Positions 1 to 11,017 of a stretch of 64,000 nucleotides of DNA are shown here, one piece after another. The translations under genes and the position numbers were made by a program. The stretch is from Candidatus Nanopelagicales bacterium (GTDB taxonomy: Bacteria; Actinomycetota; Actinomycetes; S36-B12), in the NCBI GenBank assembly GCA_017857705.1, contig JAFMCP010000001.1, positions 19,773 to 83,772 of the forward strand. The letters run 5' to 3'. The notes under the pieces are model-generated. The model searched no databases, had not been told where the DNA came from, and saw nothing but the letters and a program-made list of their open reading frames with translations. Numbering within the stretch: the first letter of the stretch is position 1; every line of letters starts with the position of its first letter.

Positions 1-903
1 TTTGTTCATCGTGGTGTCATAGGAAACTTTCGACATTGCCGCAACAGGATTGGCTATATCGAACAGGCCAAAATCTTCGAATCCAGATTCGATTAACGCC
101 AAAACGAGTGACGTAGTGCCCATTTTGAGCATCGTGGCCTTTTCTGACATATTCGCATCACCTACGATTACATGAAGTCGTCGGTATTTTTCAGGATCCG
201 CGTGCGGTTCATCACGGGTATTAATAATTGGACGCTTCAATGTTGTTTCAAGGCCTACTTCAGCCTCAAAATAATCAGCACGCTGTGAAATCTGGAATTT
301 CTTGACGGCACCTTCCTGCCCTTGACCCAATCGACCACTGCCAGTGAAAATTTGCCTTGTAACAAAAAAAGGCGTTAGCAGCCGCACAATATTCGTGAAT
401 GGCGTCTGACGAGCCATCAGGTAATTTTCGTGCGTGCCATAGGAAGCGCCCTTGTTATCAACATTGTTTTTGTATAGTTTGATCTGCGCTCCATCGAATT
501 TTGGCGCAAATAAGGCGGCCTGGTGCATGACCATTTCTCCTGCTTTGTCCCACAAGGCTGCATCGCGCGGATTTGTCACTTCTGGGCTTGAATACTCAGG
601 ATGCGCATGGTCCACATAAAGGCGGGCTCCATTGGTGAGAATAATGTTTTCAAGTCCAAGTTCGTGATCGTCGGTTAATTGACTCGGATCCGCGTCTGCG
701 CGACTTTGATCGAATCCGCGGGCATCGCGCAAAGGTGACTCCCTGTCGTAATCCCAGCGTGCGTGTAATCCTTGGTCCAGGCCACTTAAGTGCGCGTAAG
801 CACTCACGATATGTGAACTCGTGACCATGGCATTCATGGTTGGGTGGCCGGGCACGGTTACCCCATACTCGGTTTCGATTCCCATTATCCGATTAACACT
901 CAT
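1..903 (-). CDS. dop: Pup deamidase/depupylase Dop, N-terminal ~300 aa (gene continues past left edge)
   Basis: This ORF is absent from the track because it is truncated by the window edge. Reverse translation from the ATG at 903..901 reads [21 protein letters not shown]..., the conserved N-terminus of the Dop/PafA ligase-like family. It lies directly downstream of arc, where dop sits in mycobacteria. Dop versus PafA cannot be settled from this fragment. Confidence 0.7.
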   Translation of the reverse strand, partial: MSVNRIMGIETEYGVTVPGHPTMNAMVTSSHIVSAYAHLSGLDQGLHARWDYDRESPLRDARGFDQSRADADPSQLTDDHELGLENIILTNGARLYVDHAHPEYSSPEVTNPRDAALWDKAGEMVMHQAALFAPKFDGAQIKLYKNNVDNKGASYGTHENYLMARQTPFTNIVRLLTPFFVTRQIFTGSGRLGQGQEGAVKKFQISQRADYFEAEVGLETTLKRPIINTRDEPHADPEKYRRLHVIVGDANMSEKATMLKMGTTSLVLALIESGFEDFGLFDIANPVAAMSKVSYDTTMNK

Positions 904-944
904 GTGTACCTTTTAATCCTCCAGAGCAAACAGTTGGTGTATGT

Positions 945-2570
945 CTAGAGATATTGACCGGTGTTGGACGCGGTGCTGATTGAACGACCAGGCTCTGTCC
1001 CTTTTTTACCTTCGATCAAGGTCCGGATAAAGACGATTCTCTCGCCCTTTTTACCAGAGATGCGGGCCCAATCGTCGGGGTTTGTAGTGTTTGGCAAATC
1101 TTCATTTTCGCGGAACTCGTCAATGCACGCGTCGAGTAGGTGCTGCACGCGTATCCCGCGTTGCCCGCAGGTGAGGAAGTCCTTGATTGCGGATTTCTTT
1201 GCCCTCGCGACGACATTTTCAATCATGGCACCCGAGTTGAAGTCCTTGAAATACAGCACTTCTTTATCCCCATTGGCATATGTCACTTCCAAGAAACGGT
1301 TCTCATCCATGTCTGTATACATGCGCTCGACTGCCCGAGCAATCATGTCAGTCGTTGTAGCGTCCCGGTCTCCGGAATGCTCTGCCAAATCCTCGTCATG
1401 CAGGGGTAAATCCGAAGTGAGGTATTTTGAGAAGATGGCTGCAGCCGCTTGAGCATCAGGACGTTGAATCTTGATTTTCACATCAAGTCGCCCAGGGCGC
1501 AAAATTGCCGGGTCAATCATGTCCTCTCGGTTACTGGCCCCAATCACGATAACATTTTCCAAGCTTTCAACACCATCAATCTCGCTGAGCAACTGAGGGA
1601 CAATCGTATTCTCTACATCGCTGCTCACACCTGTGCCGCGTGTTCGAAAGAGTGAATCCATTTCGTCAAAAAACACAATTACGGGCATGCCTTCAGAGGC
1701 CTTTTCTCGGGCCCGCTGGAAGACGAGACGTATATGACGCTCTGTCTCACCTACGTACTTGTTCAGTAGTTCTGGACCTTTAATATTGAGGAAATAGGAA
1801 CGTCCCTCCCCCATTCCGGTTTTCTCTGCCACTTTTTGCGCTAATGAGTTCGCAACTGCCTTGGCAATCAGGGTTTTACCGCACCCTGGAGGACCGTAAA
1901 GCAAGATTCCTTTTGGTGGTTTGAGTTTGTGTTCCAGATACAACTCAGCATGCAAATATGGCAACTCCACTGCGTCGCGGATCGCCTCGATTTGTTCACC
2001 CAGTCCGCCAATATCTTCGTAATGAATGTCAGGGACTTCTTCTAGAACTAATTCTTCGACCTCGGCACGCGCAATCTTTTCTACCGCAACACCATTGCGC
2101 ATGTCACACATGAGAGTGTCACCGGCACGAAGTTTTTGATCAATAAGTGGCGCACCGAGCTTGATTACTCTTTCTTCATCAGAGTGTGCAACAACCAATG
2201 CCCGGTCACCATCGATTCGTTCCTTGAGAACGACAATCTCACCGGTTTCGTCGTATTCCCGGATACTCACAATATTCATGGATTCATTCAGCAAGACTTC
2301 GCGGCCGAGTACCAGATCAGCAATGTCAATGGCAGGGCTGACTCCCACACGTAATTTTTTACCAGAAGCCATGATGTCCGCGGTTGCATCTTCGTAAGCA
2401 ACTAAAATTGTGGCGAATCCACTTGGTGGTTGCCCTAGGCGATCCACTTCCGTTTTTAGTGAAACAATTTGCTCACGAGCATCGCGCAATGTTGTGATCA
2501 GGCGCTCATTGTGATCCCTTGCGGCAGCCAACTCACCCTGTATTTGAGTCAGATTAGAGCTTTGCTCCAT
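945..2570 (-). CDS. arc: Proteasome-associated AAA+ ATPase ARC/Mpa
   Basis: 541-aa ORF with an N-terminal coiled-coil region, Walker A GPPGCGKT and Walker [10 protein letters not shown]. The C-terminal ...NTGQYL tail is typical of Mpa/ARC. Confidence 0.95.
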   Translation of the reverse strand: MEQSSNLTQIQGELAAARDHNERLITTLRDAREQIVSLKTEVDRLGQPPSGFATILVAYEDATADIMASGKKLRVGVSPAIDIADLVLGREVLLNESMNIVSIREYDETGEIVVLKERIDGDRALVVAHSDEERVIKLGAPLIDQKLRAGDTLMCDMRNGVAVEKIARAEVEELVLEEVPDIHYEDIGGLGEQIEAIRDAVELPYLHAELYLEHKLKPPKGILLYGPPGCGKTLIAKAVANSLAQKVAEKTGMGEGRSYFLNIKGPELLNKYVGETERHIRLVFQRAREKASEGMPVIVFFDEMDSLFRTRGTGVSSDVENTIVPQLLSEIDGVESLENVIVIGASNREDMIDPAILRPGRLDVKIKIQRPDAQAAAAIFSKYLTSDLPLHDEDLAEHSGDRDATTTDMIARAVERMYTDMDENRFLEVTYANGDKEVLYFKDFNSGAMIENVVARAKKSAIKDFLTCGQRGIRVQHLLDACIDEFRENEDLPNTTNPDDWARISGKKGERIVFIRTLIEGKKGTEPGRSISTASNTGQYL

Positions 2571-2629
2571 GTCGTCACCATTTCTCTAGGGGGTACCGGC
2601 TGATTTTCACCAGTAACACCATAACCCGA

Positions 2630-3592
2630 CTAGGCGTTTTCAGCGACTGAAAGGGGTGTGGTTCCTTCAAATTTGTTTTCACCGCCGGGGCCGTGGTAAT
2701 CCACCCCATAGGCTCCAGGGGCTGGGCGGCGCTTTCGATCAAGTGAAGGGCCGTTCATCAATCTCGCAGAAACAAGGAAACCCGTGTGCCCATTCATTTT
2801 GTGGTCCGGGCGAACTGACAGACCGTCCAGGTGCCATGTGCGGAGCAGACTTTCTTCCGCGCGCGGTTCCGTCCACACGTTACGAACCCTCACCGTTTCC
2901 ACCAGTCGGGATAATTGCGTTGTTGTAGCAACATAGGCCACCAGTGCCCCACCTGGCCGTAACGCACTTTCGACGACCTCAAGACACTCCCAGGGCGCCA
3001 ACATGTCCAGAACAACCGAGTCGTAGCCACCAAGATCGGGCTGAAATTCGACCAGGTCTGCGATTTTCAAACTCCATGATTCAGGAAAACCGTTAAACCA
3101 CCGGCAGACATTCTCAGTTGCGATCTCAGCAAAATCCTCGCGACGTTCAATGCTGACAACCGACCCGGTGATTCCGGCACCGCGCAGTAGTGAGCATGTT
3201 AAAGCACCCGACCCTACCCCAGCCTCAAGGACTCGTGAACCCTCTCCAATATCGGCCAGACCAACGATTCGCGCCGCGTCCTTGGGATAAACGACCGTGG
3301 CGCCTCTCGGCATCGACAGCACATAGTCGTCTAGTCCTGGACGCAAAACTTGATACGAAATAGCTCGATCGCTATTAATGATTATTCCTTCACTTCTACC
3401 GATCATGTCATTGTGGGCCAATTGCCCCCGATGACTATGAAAAATCAGATCTTCTTTCAAGGTGATGGTGTATTTGTTGCCTTTAGCGTCAATAAGTTGC
3501 ACCAGGTCACCGGCACGGAGTGGCCCTCTGGGTCGGGCGCCCACAATGACCGCTTCACGTGGCGCCGGAGGATGGACTGGACGTTTAGGCAT
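2630..3592 (-). CDS. trmI: tRNA (adenine58-N1)-methyltransferase TrmI (GCD14 family)
   Basis: 320-aa ORF with the SAM-binding motif LEAGVGSGALT. Its position next to arc matches the mycobacterial trmI neighbourhood as I recall it. Confidence 0.8.
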   Translation of the reverse strand: MPKRPVHPPAPREAVIVGARPRGPLRAGDLVQLIDAKGNKYTITLKEDLIFHSHRGQLAHNDMIGRSEGIIINSDRAISYQVLRPGLDDYVLSMPRGATVVYPKDAARIVGLADIGEGSRVLEAGVGSGALTCSLLRGAGITGSVVSIERREDFAEIATENVCRWFNGFPESWSLKIADLVEFQPDLGGYDSVVLDMLAPWECLEVVESALRPGGALVAYVATTTQLSRLVETVRVRNVWTEPRAEESLLRTWHLDGLSVRPDHKMNGHTGFLVSARLMNGPSLDRKRRPAPGAYGVDYHGPGGENKFEGTTPLSVAENA

Positions 3593-3682
3593 GTGGTGAC
3601 TTTATCGCCGTGAATCATTGACTCACCTACCGCGTTGTTTGACGAGGTGATCAATTTGTGTCAGTTGGGCAACTAGGCTCAT

Positions 3683-4591
3683 ATGGTGTTCCCTACTTCC
3701 CTCTCTCCTTCGCGCAGTGCCGATTACCAACAGTGCCCTTTGCTTTATCGGTTCAAAACAATTGACCAGTTGCCCGAAGAACCTTCAATCGCAGCCGTTC
3801 GTGGGACTCTGGTGCATTCTGTTTTGGAAAATATTTTCGATGCCCCTGCCGGCAAACGCACGTATGAACTGGCCATTTCACTGTTCACAACTGCACTGGA
3901 GGCGCTTGCAAAAAATAAACCACAAGAAGCAGCTCTGATTTACGGTGAAACGTTTGTGTCAGAACCGCTGAAAGCAATCAGTTCAGATGTAGTTGAGCAA
4001 ACCTTAGCTCCGGTTCGACCCCTTTTGGAAACATACTTCGCAATGGAAGACCCCAATCGCTTTGAACCACATGCTCGAGAGCTTGCATTAAGCGTTGAAC
4101 TCGATGAAGGCTTCTCAATTCGGGGTTTTATTGACCGGGTCGATCGAACCCCATCTGGTGATATTCGTATTGTTGACTACAAAAGTGGGAAAGCACCTTC
4201 TCCCATGTACGCGGAGAAAGCTATGTTCCAGATGCGTTTCTATGGCTTGGCATGGTGGAGAATTAATGGTGAGTTACCACGAATGCTGCAACTAATGTAT
4301 TTAGGTAATCGACGATTTTTACGATACGAGCCCACGGAAAATGATCTCCTGGTGACCGAGCGAAAAATCCTCGCACTACGCAGTTCAATCGCACACAGTT
4401 CGGAACAGCGATCTTTTTTGCCTACGCCGTCAAAACTTTGCGGTTGGTGTTCTTTTAAGCCACTATGTCCAGAATTTGGTGGTACTCCGCCACCACTGCC
4501 CGAACGCAGCACGTGGACGTCGGGCAGCTCATTTGTTGAAGAGTCCATTAAAACGGCATTGGAATCAGTTGTTAACGAGCTTCCACAGTGA
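3683..4591 (+). CDS. PD-(D/E)XK nuclease, RecB/Cas4-like family protein
   Basis: 302-aa ORF with the nuclease core IDRVD...IVDYKSGK and the C-terminal cysteine cluster CGWCSFKPLCPEF, typical of RecB-family exonucleases with an Fe-S cluster. Confidence 0.75.
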   Translation: MVFPTSLSPSRSADYQQCPLLYRFKTIDQLPEEPSIAAVRGTLVHSVLENIFDAPAGKRTYELAISLFTTALEALAKNKPQEAALIYGETFVSEPLKAISSDVVEQTLAPVRPLLETYFAMEDPNRFEPHARELALSVELDEGFSIRGFIDRVDRTPSGDIRIVDYKSGKAPSPMYAEKAMFQMRFYGLAWWRINGELPRMLQLMYLGNRRFLRYEPTENDLLVTERKILALRSSIAHSSEQRSFLPTPSKLCGWCSFKPLCPEFGGTPPPLPERSTWTSGSSFVEESIKTALESVVNELPQ

Positions 4592-5224
4592 CTCCACGTC
4601 TTGACCAGCAAGGGTTCTGACAATAACTGCACCAGCAACATCAATGGTGGCCATGTGCTCAACTGCAATCACTCTGGCACCGGAACTCACTGCGGACTGA
4701 GTACCAGTAGGTGAATCCTCAATAGCAAGACAGTCTCCAATCGGAACGCCAACACTGATCGCAGCACAGAGATACGGCTCTGGGTGTGGTTTGGAGTTCT
4801 GAACTTCATCACCTGCAATGGAATGTGAAAATGTACCGACACTTTCACTCATGCGGGCCATCACCGTGTCCAGGACAGATCGCCAGGAAGCCGTAACAAT
4901 CACCGTGGGAATCTGGAGTTGGTGTGCATGTGCAACAAGCGCTTCAGCCCCCGGTCGCCACTCCAAAGGCTCGGTCGTAAATAGGTCTGCAACCGTTTTT
5001 AGCAGTTGGCTGCCAATGATTTCCGATCGCTCTGAGCCGTTGGCCTTTATCTCCATGTACTGGGCCACTCTCTCCAATGGACCACCCAAACAGTGATGTT
5101 GATCTGTGGGGGTCCAGGAATAGCCGTAACGCTCCATAACCTGCTGTTCGGCAACCAACCAGAGTTTTTCGGATTCGAGCAAAGTTCCATCAAGATCGAG
5201 CAAAAGAGCCTTGGGTTTGGTCAC
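4565..5224 (-). CDS. HAD-superfamily hydrolase (phosphatase/beta-phosphoglucomutase-like)
   Basis: HAD motif I LLDLDGTLLES lies close to the N-terminus only if translation starts at the GTG at 5224 (VTKPKALLLDLDGT). The track start at 5311 adds 29 non-conserved residues and overlaps the divergent gene. The motif IV-like AIEDSPTG is present. Confidence 0.75.
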   Translation of the reverse strand: MTKPKALLLDLDGTLLESEKLWLVAEQQVMERYGYSWTPTDQHHCLGGPLERVAQYMEIKANGSERSEIIGSQLLKTVADLFTTEPLEWRPGAEALVAHAHQLQIPTVIVTASWRSVLDTVMARMSESVGTFSHSIAGDEVQNSKPHPEPYLCAAISVGVPIGDCLAIEDSPTGTQSAVSSGARVIAVEHMATIDVAGAVIVRTLAGQDVESLWKLVNN

Positions 5225-5251
5225 ACGTAACCTTAATGCGAGAGTAAGCAA

Positions 5252-6214
5252 GTGAAGAATCCGATAGTGCCACCGGTCATGAGTGACTCCGGCGTTGCTT
5301 TTCGTTACCAAGAGGGTCTCGATTCACGCCTCGCGCCGATAGTTCTCTTGCATGGACTATCCCAACAGGGGGATTTTTGGTTTCCCACAATTGATGCTCT
5401 CGGAAGTCGATACAGCACGCTGTCGATTGATTTACGTGGTCATGGTGAGTCCAGAAATATGCCCCCGAACTATCACATCTCACAGGTAAGCCAAGACTGC
5501 ATTGGGTTAATGGACGAGCTTGAGATCGATAAAGCTTGTGTTGTCGGCCATTCTTGGGGCGCCTCGGTCGCTCTCAACATTGCAGCGCGGTACCCGAGTC
5601 GAACCGCGAGTTCAGTACTCATTGATGGTGGGGCATTCACGCCGGCAAACATTGTTGAAGGCGGATCCATCACTCGCGAGGACTTGAACGCCGCACTGAC
5701 GCCACCGATAGGTCCATTCAGCGAAGCGGAATTAAGGTCTCACTATCTCCCGGCGGACATGTTGTCCTCGATTGACCAGCGAGAATCGGTTATTTCCGCC
5801 ATTGCACGAACATATGTTGAGGCACCACAGGGTGGCTTTGTGACAACTATTGGATTTGACCGCCACATGGCGGTCCTTGAGGCATTTCTGGACTACAACC
5901 CAGATTCAGACCTACGGGCTCTCGCTGTACACACCTGGATCCTCATGGCAAGGGATCTCTTTAGCCCACCCACCCCTTTAACCACTCCCGCTCTGGACAG
6001 TTGGGCAGAGGCAAGAAACCAAGTTGAGACAAAAGTTCAAGGAAAAATGAACATTGCTCTTCAGCATTGGTACGGTGCGGTGCATGACGTTCCTCTGTAC
6101 TGGCCTATTCGGGTCGCACAGTTGATCTCACATGCGGTTCTCAGTACTCGTCTCAGTACTCGATCAACTCCGAGATTAATCTCGGAAAATGGCGAAAGGG
6201 GTGGATCGACATGA
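5252..6214 (+). CDS. Alpha/beta-fold hydrolase
   Basis: 320-aa ORF with the HG oxyanion motif (LLHGLSQ) and the nucleophile elbow GHSWGAS. The ATG at 5279 is an alternative start. Confidence 0.75.
   Translation: MKNPIVPPVMSDSGVAFRYQEGLDSRLAPIVLLHGLSQQGDFWFPTIDALGSRYSTLSIDLRGHGESRNMPPNYHISQVSQDCIGLMDELEIDKACVVGHSWGASVALNIAARYPSRTASSVLIDGGAFTPANIVEGGSITREDLNAALTPPIGPFSEAELRSHYLPADMLSSIDQRESVISAIARTYVEAPQGGFVTTIGFDRHMAVLEAFLDYNPDSDLRALAVHTWILMARDLFSPPTPLTTPALDSWAEARNQVETKVQGKMNIALQHWYGAVHDVPLYWPIRVAQLISHAVLSTRLSTRSTPRLISENGERGGST
6139..6162 (+). repeat. Perfect in-frame 12-nt tandem duplication (tctcagtactcg x2) in the hydrolase 3' tail
   Basis: Read directly from the sequence: 6139..6150 equals 6151..6162. 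It encodes LSTR-LSTR. Confidence 0.9.
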
Positions 6215-7053
6215 TCGAATATGACGATCTTCCCGTACTCAACAACCCCATCATGTTGTGTGCTTTCGAGGGTTGGAATGACGCCGCAGAGAGTGCATCG
6301 GGTGTGATCAATCATTTGCGTGAGACGTGGAAAGCAGAGTTGCTGCTCGAACTGGACCCTGAAGAATATTACGACTACCAAGTAAATAGACCGCATATGT
6401 ACGTGAGCGATTCCGGTGATAGAGGCATTATTTGGCCAGGGACTCGTGTTTTTACAGCGCATGTACCAGAACTCAAACGTGACGTGATTTTGGTCGCTGG
6501 GATCGAACCCAACATGAAGTGGCCGCAGTTCATCAGGGAGATCCTGAGCCTTGCAGCAGAGCTCGACACAGGACTGGTCCTGACCCTCGGTGCACTGCTC
6601 TCTGACAACCCACACACGCGGCCTGTACCCGTCTTCGCAACATCGAGCGACCCACAGCTCATAAGTGATCTCAACATCTCACCATCAACCTATGAGGGTC
6701 CTACTGGAATTGTCGGGGCAATCGCGGCAGCATGTGATCAGTTTGGGATACCTAATTTGTCGCTGTGGGCTTCTGTCCCCCATTACGTTGGACAGTCACC
6801 GTGCCCAAAGGCAACGCTGGCTTTGGTGGCCAAAATCGAGGACTTACTTGACCTGCCAATACCTCTTGGGGAACTAACTGAAGATGCTCGTGCATGGGAG
6901 GCCGGTGTTAATGAACTAGCCCAAGAGGATGAAGATATCGCCGACTACGTAGCCCAACTTGAAGAAGAACAAGAGACAACCGAATTGCCGGAAGCTTCAG
7001 GGGATGCAATTGCTAAAGAGTTCGAGCGGTATTTGCGCAGGCGTGAAAGTTAG
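6211..7053 (+). CDS. PAC2 (proteasome assembly chaperone 2-like) family protein
   Basis: 280-aa ORF. The N-terminus PIMLCAFEGWNDAAESASGVINHL and the acidic C-terminal tail match the actinobacterial PAC2 family. A 4-nt ATGA overlap links it to the upstream gene. Confidence 0.8.
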   Translation: MIEYDDLPVLNNPIMLCAFEGWNDAAESASGVINHLRETWKAELLLELDPEEYYDYQVNRPHMYVSDSGDRGIIWPGTRVFTAHVPELKRDVILVAGIEPNMKWPQFIREILSLAAELDTGLVLTLGALLSDNPHTRPVPVFATSSDPQLISDLNISPSTYEGPTGIVGAIAAACDQFGIPNLSLWASVPHYVGQSPCPKATLALVAKIEDLLDLPIPLGELTEDARAWEAGVNELAQEDEDIADYVAQLEEEQETTELPEASGDAIAKEFERYLRRRES

Positions 7054-7055
7054 TT

Positions 7056-8669
7056 CTACTCGCGTAAATCCAAATATTTATTTATGGAATATTCCGTGCT
7101 GGCATCAAAGTTCCGGACTTGGGTCGAATCAGCAAAAGCGTCACTAATACCTGTTGCGACCTTTTTGCCCAATTCAACTCCCCATTGATCAAATGAGTTA
7201 ATCCCCCAGATTGCTCCTTGAACAAATGTGGAATGCTCGTAAAGAGCGACAAGTACGCCTAATGTAAATGGAGTTAATTCGGAGCACAAGATAACGCTTA
7301 CCGGTCGATTGCCTGGCATGACCTTGTGTGGAATCAGTTGGGCAGGAATCCCGCTATCAGCGAGTTGTTCGGCATTTATTCCCAGTGAAAGAACCGACGC
7401 CTGAGCGAGTGCATTGGCCACTAAAACGTCCTGTTGTACGCCTAATTCTTGCTGCGCCCGAGCAATTACGATGATGTCGCAGGCAACCACGCTGGTTCCT
7501 TGATGTAAAAGTTGATAGAAACTGTGCTGCCCGTTCGTGCCCGGCTCCCCCCAATAAATTGCCCCAGTTTCGTAGTGAACATTTTCACCGTCGGTACGAA
7601 CGCTCTTTCCGTTACTTTCCATCGTGAGCTGCTGCAAATATGCAGGGAAACGAGAAAGATATTGAGAGTATGGGAGTACGGCCGTAGTCTCAATCTTGAG
7701 AAAATCCCTGTTCCAGACAGCGAGCGCACCCATCTGCATGGCCACATTTGATTCCCAAGGTGCATTTGCGAAGTTCAGGTCGACGGCATGAAAGCCACTG
7801 AGCATTTCGTGAAACTGCTCCGGTCCAATCGCAATCATGGTACTCAAACCGATTGCCGAGTCCATGGAATAGCGACCGCCGACCCAATCCCAGAAACCGA
7901 ACATATTCGCGGGGTCAATTCCAAAGGCTGTAACAGATTGTGCATTCGTTGACAGAGCGACGAAGTGCTGCGCAACAATGCCACCATGATCCAGCGACGG
8001 GTAGGCGGCCAGCACCCATTCACGCGCTCGTTGAGCATTTGACATTGTTTCGGTCGTTGAGAAGGTTTTTGACGCAATTATGAACAGTGTCGTTTGGGGA
8101 TCGCACAACTTTAGGGTCTCTACCAGATCAGTAGGATCGACATTCGATACAAAATGCATTGCGATCGATTGATCGCTGTAGGCCTGTAGTGCCCGGTGGG
8201 CCATGACCGGCCCAAGATCTGATCCACCAATTCCAATATTCACAACAGATGTAATACGTTTGCCTGAAAAACCACGCCAAGTTCCATTTCGGACGTTGTC
8301 TGCGAGAATCGACATGCGGTCCAGAACACCGTGAACTTCTTTTACAACGTCAACGCCATCGACGAATAACTCAGATTTACGGGGAAGGCGTAGTGCCGTA
8401 TGCAACACCGCGCGATCCTCTGTCGTGTTGATGTGGGCTCCACCGAGCATGCGGTCACGCAGCTGCGCGACATCACATTGATCCACCAGATCCTTGAGTG
8501 TGTGCCACACCGCTGAATCGATCCTCTGGCGACTGAAATCAACCTCAACGCCTTCCAACATGGTGCGAAATTCACTTCTGTCTTGGTCTACCAATTCTCG
8601 GATTGGAGCGATAGCGGTGCTCTGTTTCACAAGGGAATTCCAAGCAGGGGTTACGGTGGGATCGATCAC
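7056..8669 (-). CDS. pgi: Glucose-6-phosphate isomerase
   Basis: 537-aa ORF with full-length PGI signatures, for example IGIGGSDLGP, ASKTFSTTET and GEPGTNGQHSFYQL. Confidence 0.95.
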   Translation of the reverse strand: MIDPTVTPAWNSLVKQSTAIAPIRELVDQDRSEFRTMLEGVEVDFSRQRIDSAVWHTLKDLVDQCDVAQLRDRMLGGAHINTTEDRAVLHTALRLPRKSELFVDGVDVVKEVHGVLDRMSILADNVRNGTWRGFSGKRITSVVNIGIGGSDLGPVMAHRALQAYSDQSIAMHFVSNVDPTDLVETLKLCDPQTTLFIIASKTFSTTETMSNAQRAREWVLAAYPSLDHGGIVAQHFVALSTNAQSVTAFGIDPANMFGFWDWVGGRYSMDSAIGLSTMIAIGPEQFHEMLSGFHAVDLNFANAPWESNVAMQMGALAVWNRDFLKIETTAVLPYSQYLSRFPAYLQQLTMESNGKSVRTDGENVHYETGAIYWGEPGTNGQHSFYQLLHQGTSVVACDIIVIARAQQELGVQQDVLVANALAQASVLSLGINAEQLADSGIPAQLIPHKVMPGNRPVSVILCSELTPFTLGVLVALYEHSTFVQGAIWGINSFDQWGVELGKKVATGISDAFADSTQVRNFDASTEYSINKYLDLRE

Positions 8670-8728
8670 TCATCTAGTCTTGCACACGAGAGATCAAGTT
8701 CCCCTTCACACGGATTTAAGGAGTCGTC

Positions 8729-9763
8729 GTGGGTAATCACAACATAAACGTGAGTCTGGGCATGGTGGGACTTGGTCGGATGGGTGCGAATCTGAGTCGC
8801 CGGGCTGTAGCTGCTGGTCACACTGTTATTGGTTTTGATCGCAATCCCGAGTTCATATCCGATCTCAGAATGCATGGTGTGCAGGGCAGGAATTCCCTTA
8901 GGGAACTGGTTGAGGCCTTGCCAACGCCAAGGACGGTGTGGGTCATGGTTCCCTCGGGGCCACCAACGCAAAGTGTGATCGATGAACTCGCACTCTTACT
9001 TGAGCCCGGCGACACGATTATTGACGGTGGAAATTCCTACTACCGCGACGACATTGCACACTCCCAGCAACTAAAGACTCGAGGAATTTCCTTTATTGAC
9101 GTTGGAACATCCGGTGGAGTTTGGGGTCTGGACCGCGGATACTGTCTCATGATTGGTGGCCCCACCGAACAGGTAGATTCGCTAGCTCCTCTGTGGAATT
9201 CATTAGCTCCCGGCACTGAGTCAGCACCACGAACAGATGCGTCAGTGCCCGAAACAATTGCGGAACGTGGCTGGTTACATTGTGGGCCAAGCGGCGCCGG
9301 ACACTACGTCAAAATGGTTCACAACGGCATCGAATATGCACTTATGGCCGCATACGCCGAAGGTTTCAATATTCTCAAACATGCCAATTCGGGTGCGGAG
9401 AGTTCAGAACACGATGCGGAAACTGCACCGCTAGCTCACCCAGAGTTTTATCAGTACGACATCGACATTCCTGCTGTCGCCGAAGTGTGGCGTCGTGGTT
9501 CAGTAGTTGGATCTTGGCTTCTCGACCTCACGGCATCGGCACTAGCCCAAAGCCCTGAACTCACGGAGTTTTCTGGTCGTGTCTCTGATTCAGGTGAAGG
9601 TCGCTGGACTTCAATTGCAGCTATCGAGGAAGGTGTGCCTGCACCCGTACTTACCTCAGCGTTGTATTCTCGTTTTGCTTCCCAAGGCAACGACCGCTTT
9701 GCCAACCAGATTCTTAGTGCAATGCGCAAGGGGTTTGGCGGCCATGACGAAAAAAATGATTAA
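8729..9763 (+). CDS. gnd: 6-phosphogluconate dehydrogenase, decarboxylating (short Gnd-like form)
   Basis: 344-aa ORF with the Rossmann motif GMVGLGRMGANL and the 6PGDH C-terminal domain (GAGHYVKMVHNGIEY). The true start may be a few codons internal. Confidence 0.85.
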   Translation: MGNHNINVSLGMVGLGRMGANLSRRAVAAGHTVIGFDRNPEFISDLRMHGVQGRNSLRELVEALPTPRTVWVMVPSGPPTQSVIDELALLLEPGDTIIDGGNSYYRDDIAHSQQLKTRGISFIDVGTSGGVWGLDRGYCLMIGGPTEQVDSLAPLWNSLAPGTESAPRTDASVPETIAERGWLHCGPSGAGHYVKMVHNGIEYALMAAYAEGFNILKHANSGAESSEHDAETAPLAHPEFYQYDIDIPAVAEVWRRGSVVGSWLLDLTASALAQSPELTEFSGRVSDSGEGRWTSIAAIEEGVPAPVLTSALYSRFASQGNDRFANQILSAMRKGFGGHDEKND

Positions 9764-10986
9764 AGATACACACCAAGAAGACTTGCACAAAGATCTTTCA
9801 CCACACCGGGAGCTTGGGAATCAGACCCACCTGCGTGAAGTGATTCCCGTGCCCAGTTGTCTATCGCATCAAGTGCGCTCGGGGTTTTTAGATCGTCGGA
9901 CATGACTTCTCTAACCCGATCCAACACACTCTCGGACGCGATTGCCTTTTCCAAACTTGTTGCAGACCTCCACAGGTCGAGCCGTGATTGTGCACCCTCC
10001 AGACCTTGGGGGGTCCATGACCAGTCGCTCCGGTAATGGTGGGCAAGTAACGCCAACCTAATTGCCGCCGGGTCAACCCCCTCGTGGCGCAATGTCGAGA
10101 CAAAAACCAAATTTCCCCGTGACTTGGACATTTTGTGCCCCTGCCACGAAACCATTCCGGAGTGGACGTAAAAGCGAGCAAATGGTTCAACCCCGGTGAG
10201 GTTCTCTGCTTGTGCCGCACTCATCTCGTGATGCGGGAAAACTAGATCAGAACCCCCACCCTGCACATCGATCTGGTCACCCAAGTAGGTCAAGGCAATC
10301 GTTGAACATTCAATATGCCAACCGGGGCGCCCATGCCCGAGAACCGTGTTCCATGCTGGTTCGTCGGGCTTTTCGTTCTTCCACAGCAATGGGTCAAGCG
10401 GGTCAATTTTCCCCGCCCGCTCAGGGTCCCCGCCTCGCTCACCAAAAATATCCAGCATCTGTGGACGTGTAAGGTGCGAAATCGACCCAAATAATGGTGC
10501 CTCAGCGATCTTGAAATAAATGTCACCATTAAGGGCGTAGGTCTTACCCTCCGTCTGCAGTTGAAGGACGTGTTCGGCCACCTGTGGAATTGACTCAACA
10601 GCACCGATGTAATGCAAAGGTGGGATAACACCGAGGGCCTGCATGTCCTCACGGAACAACGCCGTCTCTCGATCGGCAATATCCCGCCAATCCTGACCTG
10701 TGGCAACTGCCCGCTCCAAAAGTGGCTCGTCAATATCCGTGACATTTTGTACGTAATTAACGGCGATTCCGGAATCTAGCCAAGTACGAATGAGGAGGTC
10801 AAAAGCCACATATGTGTTGGCATGGCCCATGTGAGTTGCGTCATAGGGAGTAATGCCACAGACATATATCTTCGCCGTCTTACCCGGTGCCGTAGGCCTA
10901 ATTGATTGTGTGGCTGAGTCGAATAAGCGGAGGTCGCGCCCCACTCCTGGAAGTTTAGGATTTGCGGGATCAGACCAACTCTGCAT
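9760..10986 (-). CDS. mshC: Cysteine:1D-myo-inosityl 2-amino-2-deoxy-alpha-D-glucopyranoside ligase (mycothiol ligase MshC)
   Basis: 408-aa CysRS-like catalytic domain with the HIGH-type motif HMGHANTY and KMSKS. It is shorter than a genuine CysRS. It is followed by the conserved actinobacterial three-gene cassette. Confidence 0.85.
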   Translation of the reverse strand: MQSWSDPANPKLPGVGRDLRLFDSATQSIRPTAPGKTAKIYVCGITPYDATHMGHANTYVAFDLLIRTWLDSGIAVNYVQNVTDIDEPLLERAVATGQDWRDIADRETALFREDMQALGVIPPLHYIGAVESIPQVAEHVLQLQTEGKTYALNGDIYFKIAEAPLFGSISHLTRPQMLDIFGERGGDPERAGKIDPLDPLLWKNEKPDEPAWNTVLGHGRPGWHIECSTIALTYLGDQIDVQGGGSDLVFPHHEMSAAQAENLTGVEPFARFYVHSGMVSWQGHKMSKSRGNLVFVSTLRHEGVDPAAIRLALLAHHYRSDWSWTPQGLEGAQSRLDLWRSATSLEKAIASESVLDRVREVMSDDLKTPSALDAIDNWARESLHAGGSDSQAPGVVKDLCASLLGVYL

Positions 10987-11017
10987 CCTGAGAGCCTATC
11001 GGTTGAATTGGAGTCCT

